Below, piece after piece: positions 37,264-45,530 of a stretch of DNA of 64,000 nucleotides. Numbering within the stretch: the stretch's first letter is position 1; the number at the start of each line of letters is the position of its first letter. The stretch comes from a virus, in IMG/VR virus record IMGVR_UViG_3300034630_000009, positions 8,211 through 72,210 of that record; one strand, written 5' to 3'. The notes beneath the pieces were generated by a model. That model was not told where the DNA came from and did no database searches. It saw only the letters and a list, made by a program, of their open reading frames with translations. The position numbers and the translations under genes were made by a program.

Positions 37264-38847
37264 TCAAGCCTCCACTGCTAAGGCGATCGCACTTTCTACC
37301 AGATCCCAATCACTAGCAGGGTAAAGATTGATGGGTCGCACTTCACCGTTGATGATGCCGCCTCGCTGTTGAGGGCTAGAGCCGTGACGGTTGCGGTACA
37401 TGCGGGCGGCTTGAATGCCTGCTTGTTGGATCTGGAAGGGAGAGAGCAATCTGCCATTGAGCTTGGCGTAGTCAGAGACAGTGAGCGGGTCAGGTTCGAT
37501 GATGGGTCTGGTGGATGTGATGTCCTTCGTCAGGTCTTCCAGGTGCATCAATTGCACAGCGCGGGACAATTGACCCGTGAGGATATTTTTGAGCGTGGAG
37601 CCTTCGGGTAGTGCCTCAATCTCGGTCGCGGTGCGCGTCGCTTGTGCGATGCGATCGAGCACCAGCAGCTTTGGATCAAGCGCGGCGAGTGGGGGCGTTG
37701 GGGTTGAAGGTGGGGTTGCGACCGCTGGGGTCACGTCCACCGTAGTGGTCGCTGGCTCCAAAAAGGTTTCTGTCTCAGCCGGGGCGATCAGAGCTTCACT
37801 CTCGCTGGCAGCGATCGTCTTCTTGCCCAGTTGGTTGAGCGCTTGGTGGAGGGTGAGATTTTTCAGTGCGCCTTCAAGCTGGTCACGTCCTTCCCAAAGT
37901 TGCATGGCACGTTGGGCTTTACGCTCTTGGATGCCGCGTTGTTTGAGAAACGGTAGCCATTCGCCGTACTTACATACCTCTCGTTTGAGCAAGAGCTTTT
38001 CACCCAGTTCGAGGTAGAGCAGTAGGGCAGACTTGCCCGATCGCACGGCGACAGTTTCCGCTTCGACAGCACGCAGATAGAGTTCGCTGATCTGATCGTC
38101 CAGGGAGAGGGCAGCGAGTTGAGGCAACAGACCCACTGTGGCGGTTAACTTTTGGGCTGGGTCAGATTTGGTGGTCATCGACGCTGCCAGGTAGGCAAGG
38201 GCGCGGGGTGTCCAGACAGTAAGGGTGTGAGCCTGATGCGAAAGACCGAGTTTGGTGCGGAGCGTTTTGGGTACTTTGCGCGTCTCCACGCCTAGCGTTT
38301 GCAGTGTTTCAGTGTGACGACGCTGGCAACCATACACAATGTGCAGCTCGACTTCGAGCCAGTCAGCGACGCCCTGGACGCTAGTTACTAAGTTGCCTTG
38401 CCATTTGACGAAGGGATGCGCGGGTTTGACCTGGAGGAGCGATCGCAGGAGAGCCAGGTCGGTTTGGAGGGGGGTGAGAGTAGGGGATGAGGGAGGAAGG
38501 GGTTTTAGTTGGGGGGCTTTGCCGTTAAGCTTCTGCTTGGCTTCGGAGAAGGCTTTGACCAACTTGAGCTTGCATTGCACTACTTGAGGTGTGTTGCGGC
38601 TCAGGGTCATCACGAAAAACGATTGATCTTCGTTGAGGAGGGCGTAACGCTCAGGACGACCGCCCTTACTACCTTCAAGGGGTTTCTCCGTTTCAAACGG
38701 AACAACCCCAAATGCTTGCTCTATCTGTACTTGGTGTTTCTGAATTGTTTCAAGGAAGTTGCTGTGATCAACGCCTAAACTTTCGGCAATCAAACGGGAA
38801 TCAACGACTAGGATGCTATCGTGTTCTGCGACTGATAAATTAGACAT
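37264..38847 (-). CDS. Rha-family antirepressor-like multi-domain protein
   Basis: VDSRLIAESLGVDH...GGRPERYALLNEDQ...RNTPQVVQCK.KLVKAF (Rha); ELGEKLL..GEWLPFL (DUF3102-like); extra C-terminal domain. Confidence 0.8.
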   Translation of the reverse strand: MSNLSVAEHDSILVVDSRLIAESLGVDHSNFLETIQKHQVQIEQAFGVVPFETEKPLEGSKGGRPERYALLNEDQSFFVMTLSRNTPQVVQCKLKLVKAFSEAKQKLNGKAPQLKPLPPSSPTLTPLQTDLALLRSLLQVKPAHPFVKWQGNLVTSVQGVADWLEVELHIVYGCQRRHTETLQTLGVETRKVPKTLRTKLGLSHQAHTLTVWTPRALAYLAASMTTKSDPAQKLTATVGLLPQLAALSLDDQISELYLRAVEAETVAVRSGKSALLLYLELGEKLLLKREVCKYGEWLPFLKQRGIQERKAQRAMQLWEGRDQLEGALKNLTLHQALNQLGKKTIAASESEALIAPAETETFLEPATTTVDVTPAVATPPSTPTPPLAALDPKLLVLDRIAQATRTATEIEALPEGSTLKNILTGQLSRAVQLMHLEDLTKDITSTRPIIEPDPLTVSDYAKLNGRLLSPFQIQQAGIQAARMYRNRHGSSPQQRGGIINGEVRPINLYPASDWDLVESAIALAVEA

Positions 38848-39004
38848 GGTTCTCCTTAGTGATATTGGGTGGACTAGGGCGATCGCAGCTTTGACCGGGT
38901 GCGATCGCTTCAAACTTTGAGCGGCACACTAATCAAATCCGTCATAGGTTGTTGTGACGGATTTGAGGTTATCTTTAGAAGAAGGACATACAGGGCGATC
39001 GTTG

Positions 39005-39226
39005 ATGCTCCAAAATCCTGAAAGCTATGAGGAATGGGAAGAAACCGTTTGGGCAAAACATAAGGATGCAGCTTGTGTGTTGTGTCAGGCGATTGCGGCT
39101 GAGGCAACGCTAACAGCGGTCATTAACGTGACTCAGGAAACGAAGAAACTTAGCAAGAACGGTACTTATAGATTTGTTTGTCGGTTTAGAAGCGAGGTAA
39201 GCCCCAATGACAGTAGCAACACTTGA
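39005..39226 (+). CDS. Paralog of 35268..35498
   Basis: Direct protein similarity. Confidence 0.7.
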   Translation: MLQNPESYEEWEETVWAKHKDAACVLCQAIAAEATLTAVINVTQETKKLSKNGTYRFVCRFRSEVSPNDSSNT

Positions 39227-39512
39227 GAGCGTCAAAACCTTTGCTTACATCCCAGCCAGAGGGCAACGCTTTCTCTCGGTCAATCTGGCGCTGGTTGATT
39301 TAAGTCAACTGAGTGACATCGCTAAAGCGCTTGGGTTTAAGCCAGAACTGGTACAAATGCAAGGCAAGTCTGGGACTCAAGTACACGCGCTTTTGTGGCA
39401 AGGGTCGATCGAGGATACGCCTGCTGATCTGGATGCACGAGTGGAGGTGCTGGCGGATCAGGTGAATACGGAAGCGATCCGCTATGCCACTGGCGCTTGG
39501 ACTAATCGCTGA
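39207..39512 (+). CDS. Paralog of 35467..35799
   Basis: Direct protein similarity. Confidence 0.7.
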   Translation: MTVATLESVKTFAYIPARGQRFLSVNLALVDLSQLSDIAKALGFKPELVQMQGKSGTQVHALLWQGSIEDTPADLDARVEVLADQVNTEAIRYATGAWTNR

Positions 39513-39624
39513 GCTTCAAACTTTCATTACTTACACATCACCTCCTTACCAGAGCTTTATCAAAAGCTCGCGGATTTCCTCTGTTGACCGGGAACTCTTT
39601 AAACGAACTTATCCCGGTCAACCT

Positions 39625-40344
39625 ATGAAACCTTCCTTTTACTGGCTGCTGCTACCAGCCGCACTTGTCTCGCTAACCTTAAGTAGTTGCTCTGGGCAGA
39701 CGACAAAAGCACCCGTTACCTCTCCTTCGCCAGTAGCCGTCGAATCACCATCACCTCAAACCGATACGTTTGACGCTGGTTTAGCCAAAGCTTCGGATGC
39801 CTCATATACCGCCAAAACGGCTGAAACTTCGGAGGATTGGGATCTGGCAGTGTCTCGCTGGCATCAAGCGATCGAGTTGATGCAAGGAGTACCAACAGGA
39901 ACTGCAAACTTTGCCCAAGCGCAAGAGAAACTGGCGGAGTACAAACGCGGTTTGCTTGCTGCCCAGAAGCGGATCACACCGAAAGAAGTTGCTTCAGCGC
40001 CTGTAGTATCTGAGCCTGAGAGCACGCCCATTGCATCAAAAGTTGATACAAGCAGTTGGTCAGAAGATCAGAAAGAGCAAGTGTTTTTAGCAGCGGTTGA
40101 TGGCACCGCGTCACCAGCAGAAAAGGCTTGGGGTGCAACGGTTTCCAACGCGAAAAAAGTTGAGATTGCCAAAGGCGCTTGCAAAGAATTTGATCGAGGC
40201 GCAACCTTCAACGACATAGGACTCGAAATCATTAAGGCTTTCGGCTCCAAGTCTGCCGCTGGTAGGTACACCGCTGCAATGGTGGGTGGTGGCGTATCAG
40301 TTTATTGTCCCGAACACCGCTCCAAAATACCTTCTAGCCACTAA
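39625..40344 (+). CDS. Lipoprotein with DUF732-like C-terminal domain
   Basis: Signal peptide with LSSC lipobox; FLAAV...AC..FDRG...YCPEH. Confidence 0.7.
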   Translation: MKPSFYWLLLPAALVSLTLSSCSGQTTKAPVTSPSPVAVESPSPQTDTFDAGLAKASDASYTAKTAETSEDWDLAVSRWHQAIELMQGVPTGTANFAQAQEKLAEYKRGLLAAQKRITPKEVASAPVVSEPESTPIASKVDTSSWSEDQKEQVFLAAVDGTASPAEKAWGATVSNAKKVEIAKGACKEFDRGATFNDIGLEIIKAFGSKSAAGRYTAAMVGGGVSVYCPEHRSKIPSSH

Positions 40345-40372
40345 CAACTCCTGACAATTCAACCTTTCACTT

Positions 40373-40402
40373 AACCCTCTATCGCACGATCGAGGGTTTC
40401 TT
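40373..40402. terminator. Hairpin repeat copy 3, between convergent genes
   Basis: AACCCTCTATCGCACGATCGAGGGTTTCTT. Confidence 0.65.
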
Positions 40403-40674
40403 TATGACTCTCCATCATGCTCTGTATTCAAAACCTGTCTAGGGAAATTAATGCCAAAATCAATCCCTAGAACGCTTTCTATCAGTCTTAGCGTCTCTTC
40501 TGGTAAAGATTGCTTCTCATCCTCAATGCGATACCAGTTTTGAACGGACATCCCTGCGGCAGCAGCAATCTGAGTAACGCTTCTAGCGTCTCCCTTCCGC
40601 GCCTCCCTGATGCGTTTTCCGAGCTCAGGTGCTTCTACTTCTACAGTCCGTACAACTCTCACATTTTGAACCAT
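40402..40674 (-). CDS. XRE-family HTH repressor
   Basis: LGKRIREARK..SVTQIAAAAGMSVQNWYRIE. Confidence 0.85.
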   Translation of the reverse strand: MVQNVRVVRTVEVEAPELGKRIREARKGDARSVTQIAAAAGMSVQNWYRIEDEKQSLPEETLRLIESVLGIDFGINFPRQVLNTEHDGES

Positions 40675-40718
40675 TAAATCACCACCTTAAAGTGTGTCAC
40701 GTCTTGAGTAATGTGTAC

Positions 40719-40790
40719 ATAGTAATGTATCACTCAACTCACGTCAAGTTTAAGTTTTAACTTGACGTGTTTAACGTAATGAGTTAATCT
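40719..40790. promoter_or_regulatory. Back-to-back sigma70 promoters sharing a palindromic operator
   Basis: CACGTCAAGTT-N8-AACTTGACGTG (40740-40769); rightward TTGACG-N17-TAATCT, leftward TTGACG-N17-TACTAT. Confidence 0.8.
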
Positions 40791-40796
40791 TAATTC

Positions 40797-41042
40797 ATGG
40801 GTGAGGGACGGGGAACAGAGAACGCCAGACACTACGCCCCCGCCACGCCGCTGAGACTCTCGCTAACCAGGCACTCAACCGGAACCTCACCCACACTCAA
40901 GACAACGCCATCACACGGTCACGCCAAGCGCCCGCCGTCACCAAAGGGCACCACGACGTAGGGTTCGTCACAGGGTCGCTGAGCAGCCAAATGGAGATTG
41001 GCTAGTGGAACGGCTTTACCGCCTCAGTCCTGAAATTACGTT
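40797..41042 (+). ncRNA. Putative structured leader/small RNA released by twister 1
   Basis: Starts at the predicted TSS; TGGGTGAGG (40798-40806) pairs with CCTCACCCA (40885-40893); five ACGCC motifs; no convincing ORF. Confidence 0.5.
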
Positions 41043-41090
41043 AATGCCAGCGAGGACGGTCTCAACTCCGTGTAAAGGCAGAGAGGCGTA
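41037..41090 (+). ncRNA. Twister ribozyme (type P1), copy 1; predicted cleavage U41042/A41043
   Basis: UACGU-UAA-UGCC-AG-CGAG-G-ACGG-UCUC-AACU-CCGU-GUAAA-GGCA-GAGAG-GCGUA: P1, P2, P4 and both pseudoknots can pair. Confidence 0.85.
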
Positions 41091-41111
41091 CTTTTCAACT
41101 GGAGAAACAAA

Positions 41112-41327
41112 ATGAAAACCACCGTAACGTTTGAAGAACTCAGAAAACTGCACATTGGCGACCAACTTGAAAATCCTTCCCGTTGCGGAGTGGCTGAAGT
41201 CATCCATAACGAGGAGCATTGCGTTGCGATCAGGGTCATCGACGGAGACGAAAGTCTCCGTATTGGAGCGACCATCAGCTATAGAGAGTCTGAGAGTTTG
41301 CACGGAGGATGGGAAATTCCTCAATAA
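41112..41327 (+). CDS. Small protein (71 aa) between the two ribozymes
   Basis: GGAGA RBS and ATG. Confidence 0.7.
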   Translation: MKTTVTFEELRKLHIGDQLENPSRCGVAEVIHNEEHCVAIRVIDGDESLRIGATISYRESESLHGGWEIPQ

Positions 41328-41372
41328 CTTTTAGAGCCGATCGCAGTTTTGGAGGCAAGCTTTAACGCCTCC

Positions 41373-41426
41373 CGCTAACGTGCCAACGCCCGATTCCAAG
41401 TTCGGGGGGAAGAAGACGGAGGAGCG
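41373..41426 (+). ncRNA. Twister ribozyme (type P1), copy 2; predicted cleavage U41376/A41377
   Basis: CGC-UAA-CGU-GC-CAAC-G-CCCGA-UUCC-AAGU-UCGGG-GGGAAGAAG-ACG-GAGGA-GCG. Confidence 0.8.
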
Positions 41427-41476
41427 TACACCAACAGTTAACGGAGTAAAACAATAACCACTTACAAAGACACACC

Positions 41477-41626
41477 ATGAGTAAAAACCAAAAGCCCAAT
41501 GTCTATACGCCCACAGGAGCGGGCACCGTCGCCTCCAAAGATGTCAAAAACAACGAGGTAACGGTAACGGTCGTCTATCCCAATGGCGATCGAACAACCT
41601 GGTCTGACGACGAGGTTGTTTATTGA
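41477..41626 (+). CDS. Small protein (49 aa, not in ORF track) after twister 2
   Basis: MSKNQKPNVYTPTGAGTVASKDVKNNEVTVTVVYPNGDRTTWSDDEVVY; SH3/KOW-like pattern. Confidence 0.6.
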   Translation: MSKNQKPNVYTPTGAGTVASKDVKNNEVTVTVVYPNGDRTTWSDDEVVY

Positions 41627-41638
41627 TCGCCGCGCAGC

Positions 41639-41842
41639 TTAGAGTAAGCCATCTTCCCGCAACTTTGCTTCCACCGCCGATCGCACGTAATCAGCTTTTG
41701 CTGTGCCCATCGCACGCAAGAGCGCGTCGATCGTGGGCGGAAATTTAAAAGATAACGGACGTTGATCGCTGGTTGTCCCTAGACCTTTGCTCCATTGTTT
41801 TTTTGCTGCTGCCGCTTCTGGATTATGTTTACGTTTTGCCAT
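41639..41842 (-). CDS. RHH-like DNA-binding protein
   Basis: PLSFKFPPTIDALLRAM...ADYVRSAVEAKL. Confidence 0.65.
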   Translation of the reverse strand: MAKRKHNPEAAAAKKQWSKGLGTTSDQRPLSFKFPPTIDALLRAMGTAKADYVRSAVEAKLREDGLL

Positions 41843-42235
41843 ATCGATCCTTTATCTTTTTACTACTATAGCGCGTAAACTCCCAGCAAAATCAGTAAAA
41901 CTACTGAGGACTGCGAGTAGACGCGCTGCTAAGATGGACGCATCACTTCAAGAGGTTTTTCAATGCACGCACCCACCCCTGCCGAACGCGCCGCTCTGAT
42001 CGCCCCCCACTTGGGCGTTTCGCGCCCCTTCAGCGCTGCTGGCTCGTCCCTGATCGACCAGATCCGAGAGCCGCTGTTTGAGGCGCAGTCGCTCGATCCA
42101 GCCGAAGAAGCGCGGCTACTGGCTGCTCTGTCCGTCCAGATCGCCGGACGGCTGGCAGCGCTCCACGGTTGCCGCTAGACCGCGAGGGGCGGGTTGCGCC
42201 GCCCCCTTTGCACCCCACACCCCACACCCCACACC

Positions 42236-42709
42236 ATGCAATCCTTAATCGCCCACTACAACACCGCCGCTTTTCTCCGCACCTTCGCTGCCTCCTGCTA
42301 CGTCGCTGGCAAATTGGTTTACGGCGAGATCAAGTCGATCGCGCTTGAACTCTGGACCATCTACACCAGCGAACGAGCGAAGCGGCTCTACACCTTCCTG
42401 ATCCTCTCGGTCATTGCCCTTGCTTGGATGGGTGCCTTCGCTGCCGTCTGGTTGGGCAATCGCAGCCGCGAACAATTTGACCGCTTCGTTGCTTGGCGCG
42501 ATCGGTTCATCGCTTCCCATCTAGAGCAGCCTTCCGAGTGCCTGGTCGGTGACGAAATTGCTAAAGCGGGTTGCGCTGTGATTGCTGAACTCTTTGCTCA
42601 AGCCGATGCCATCATGGCTCACCCGGTTTACGCTGATGCACCCGCCACACCCATCAAGCGCCGTCGCAAGGTCAAAGGTTTTCAATCCGCACAGGAGGTG
42701 ATCGCCTAA
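42236..42709 (+). CDS. Hypothetical membrane protein
   Basis: TM segment; ends in RRRKVKGF. Confidence 0.55.
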   Translation: MQSLIAHYNTAAFLRTFAASCYVAGKLVYGEIKSIALELWTIYTSERAKRLYTFLILSVIALAWMGAFAAVWLGNRSREQFDRFVAWRDRFIASHLEQPSECLVGDEIAKAGCAVIAELFAQADAIMAHPVYADAPATPIKRRRKVKGFQSAQEVIA

Positions 42710-43072
42710 CAGACCGCTGCTGCCTGCGAACAGCGTGAGCGATCGCGCAAACACCTATTTCATTCATTTCATTACTAAGGAGAAAGTAAAAATGGATCGC
42801 TACTTTTACAAAGAGATGGATGGCTGGTACGACACGCTGAGATCCAGCCTCAGCCCAGCCATACTGTCGAACAAAGGTTGGACTGAATGCAGCGAAAGCG
42901 CATTCCATGCCTACCGTGAGAAGAATGCAATGCGGAATGCTGGCTGGTAAACCGTCAAAACGAAGATTACAGAGACTAGAGATTAACGCGCAACGCAAAA
43001 GAGCGCCCCGACTGCAATCGGAAGCGCTCTCAACAAAGTCCATCCAACTAGCACAGAAGGTAGACAAGCACC

Positions 43073-43333
43073 ATGTTAACAGCACGGATCAATTTTCCTG
43101 CGACTGCTCCAGTTAGCGACCTTGACGCACCCGCCCTGAAAACGTTTAAGCATCGGGTCACCCTGGTCAACCATCAGACCGATCGCAGCCATCAGATCGA
43201 AGTGACGACTTTCAGCGACAGCTTTAACGCGATTCAGCGCGAAGTGGCTTACGTGCGATCGACCTGTCCCGCTTTGCAAGGCTACGCGATGGCTGATGCT
43301 CCGGTTGAATTGTTGAGCGGCAAACCGTTCTAG
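43073..43333 (+). CDS. Hypothetical early protein
   Basis: AAGG RBS; ends in PF. Confidence 0.55.
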   Translation: MLTARINFPATAPVSDLDAPALKTFKHRVTLVNHQTDRSHQIEVTTFSDSFNAIQREVAYVRSTCPALQGYAMADAPVELLSGKPF

Positions 43334-43374
43334 CTTTTTGGCTTAGAGGTGCATCTACTCCCATTCCTTCACCC

Positions 43375-43587
43375 ATGAGTAGCACCATGCCTCAAATTCA
43401 TATCGTTTGTCGTGGCAATTTGCGGCACCGCGTCGTTGCTTACGATGCCACTTTCTTGTTGTTTCTGCCCCATCTCCGATCGTTCCCTCGGTTTCTTGAT
43501 GCAGCCGAAGCCCATGACTACTGCACCAAACTCAACGCAAGAGCGATCGCCGCCGACCAAAGCAAAGCGATCGCCTTGAGCCAGTAA
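43375..43587 (+). CDS. Hypothetical early protein
   Basis: ORF in the early operon. Confidence 0.45.
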   Translation: MSSTMPQIHIVCRGNLRHRVVAYDATFLLFLPHLRSFPRFLDAAEAHDYCTKLNARAIAADQSKAIALSQ

Positions 43588-43608
43588 ACCACTAACTCTG
43601 CATCAATT

Positions 43609-43836
43609 ATGCACTTCTATACTCTTTGTCCCAAGCATCCTGAATGTGGATGCTCCGACTTCTGCAAGGATGGCGATTGCTTCGGTCCCAAACCTCAACA
43701 GCGAGGCATCATGGCTCTAGTACTTCTGTTTTTTATGGCATTGTTTCTGATGCCGCTGGCAGCACTGGCATCGCCTTACAATCCACCGCCCACGATCGGC
43801 AGTCCTTCTAGAACGGGTGGCTCTGGTACACGTTAG
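43609..43836 (+). CDS. Small Cys-rich membrane peptide
   Basis: N-terminal Cys cluster, TM, C-terminal P.RTGGSGTR. Confidence 0.5.
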   Translation: MHFYTLCPKHPECGCSDFCKDGDCFGPKPQQRGIMALVLLFFMALFLMPLAALASPYNPPPTIGSPSRTGGSGTR

Positions 43837-43888
43837 CTGAAGCTCGGTCCGTCGTGTGTTCCCCTTCCTTCCTTCATCCTTTCAAACC

Positions 43889-44110
43889 ATGTCAATAAAC
43901 GAACGCCTCCCCATCCCTAGCGCTGAACGAATCTGCCAAGCCACGCTCGCACCAGAACGGGTCGCTACATTGGTAAGTTGTGCCGTGAAACTAATTGATG
44001 TGCTTGATCTGTACATCGAAGATCCAAACCCGATCGGGTTACAACTGCTGCGAGAACTGGCTGATGATTTGGAGACAGCGATCGCGCAAGCCGTCTTAAC
44101 AGCACAATAA
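43889..44110 (+). CDS. Hypothetical early protein
   Basis: ATG MSINERL. Confidence 0.45.
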   Translation: MSINERLPIPSAERICQATLAPERVATLVSCAVKLIDVLDLYIEDPNPIGLQLLRELADDLETAIAQAVLTAQ

Positions 44111-44141
44111 CCCTGCCCGTGTGTTCCCTCGCCATTCACAT

Positions 44142-44432
44142 ATGCACTACCCAGAACCAGATGCTCTGACCCAGTTGGAGCAAAAATTAGACAATTTTCA
44201 CCGCACCAGCCGATCGCAGTACGCCAATTATCTGGCACTGCTCAACTCAGCAGAGAACTACACCCGCAAGGGGCAGGCTGTACCCGATCGCATTCGGGTG
44301 GCGATCGCCGCTCGGTTAGCGTACCTGAAACGGTTGCAAGATGTGAGCGATCGGCTGCTGGCTCAGAGCCTGATTTTGGCAGAAGCACTAACTACAACGG
44401 CGAGCCATGAACCAACCACAAGCAACTTTTGA
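44142..44432 (+). CDS. Hypothetical helical protein
   Basis: ORF in the early operon. Confidence 0.5.
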   Translation: MHYPEPDALTQLEQKLDNFHRTSRSQYANYLALLNSAENYTRKGQAVPDRIRVAIAARLAYLKRLQDVSDRLLAQSLILAEALTTTASHEPTTSNF

Positions 44433-44640
44433 CGGCGAACCCGTCACCGTCGCGCAGAGCACCACACCTGGCAAACTTATGCGCGACGGCGAAGCCCTCT
44501 ATCACGTCAAATTGGAGCCATTGCCCAGTGGCGGCATGGCTCAATACTGGCTGACGCAATCAGAAGTCGAGCAATCTATCAAAGGTGGGTTTGCAGCCAT
44601 CCGTCGATTGCAACAAGCTTGGCTGAACCAGGTGGCTTAA
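44407..44640 (+). CDS. Hypothetical protein
   Basis: Overlaps the upstream gene. Confidence 0.5.
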   Translation: MNQPQATFDGEPVTVAQSTTPGKLMRDGEALYHVKLEPLPSGGMAQYWLTQSEVEQSIKGGFAAIRRLQQAWLNQVA

Positions 44641-44798
44641 GTAATTCTACTGAAGGGGTAAATTTAAAAACGGTGATACCGTTGTACTTACCTCGATTCT
44701 CAGCATAATTGCTGAGACGAGTCGGTTTCCAAACCTGTCCAGCACTGTTCCAAAGATTACCAAGTCGAAAGACTTCCGGCGCTCTTGCATTAAAGTTT

Positions 44799-45530
44799 AT
44801 GTCTGACCTTCAAAACCTCAGCCTGTCAGCATTTGAGGCTGAAGTACGGCAAGCCTCTTGCACACTTTCCCTGTCTACAGAGCCAGGGTCAGATGTTCTA
44901 GAGCAAGGTGTTTGGTTCCTCAATTGCCCAGATGGTCCCACAGCCGATCGCTTCCTGTCGCAACGGCGGCGTTTAGCCCAAATTGCCTTGTTTAATCAAG
45001 TCCCTCAAATTAATGTGAGAGTGAGCGGCGATCGGTACGACACGATCTGCCCTTCGGTGCATTTATTATTGGGTGCCATGCCACAGAACAGGGTTTTAAC
45101 GGTCAACGATCTGCCTCGTGATGCCAGTGGGATGCGGCTTATTGGCGATCGTTCGATACTGCGATCGCTTGTGCTAAGCAATCCCAATCTTAAAGTGATT
45201 CAGTTTTCCAATGATGTTGGCTTAGCATCCGGATCTAACTGCCTTTCTGCTTGCGCGCTCAGTGTTGAGCAGTGGGAAGGGCGTAGAATGCATGGCGAAA
45301 CTCAGATTAAGGGTATTCGCACCTGGATACCGGAATACTGGGAGCAATTTCAGACGTTGTTGTTCAGCCATGCTAGCACCGATGTCGAGTTTGACTACCC
45401 CGCCTTCCGCTACGACGGCTCACCCATCTACCAATTTGTCAGAGCGGGCTTAGCCATTTACCGCGATCCTCAAGGCAAAAGTCAGCTCGTGAGGATGGTC
45501 GATCTTTTGCAGCTCAAGGATGGGCATTAG
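44799..45530 (+). CDS. Hypothetical protein with a possible C-terminal PAS-like domain
   Basis: W.G......W.P..EFDYPAFRYDGS pattern. Confidence 0.45.
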   Translation: MSDLQNLSLSAFEAEVRQASCTLSLSTEPGSDVLEQGVWFLNCPDGPTADRFLSQRRRLAQIALFNQVPQINVRVSGDRYDTICPSVHLLLGAMPQNRVLTVNDLPRDASGMRLIGDRSILRSLVLSNPNLKVIQFSNDVGLASGSNCLSACALSVEQWEGRRMHGETQIKGIRTWIPEYWEQFQTLLFSHASTDVEFDYPAFRYDGSPIYQFVRAGLAIYRDPQGKSQLVRMVDLLQLKDGH

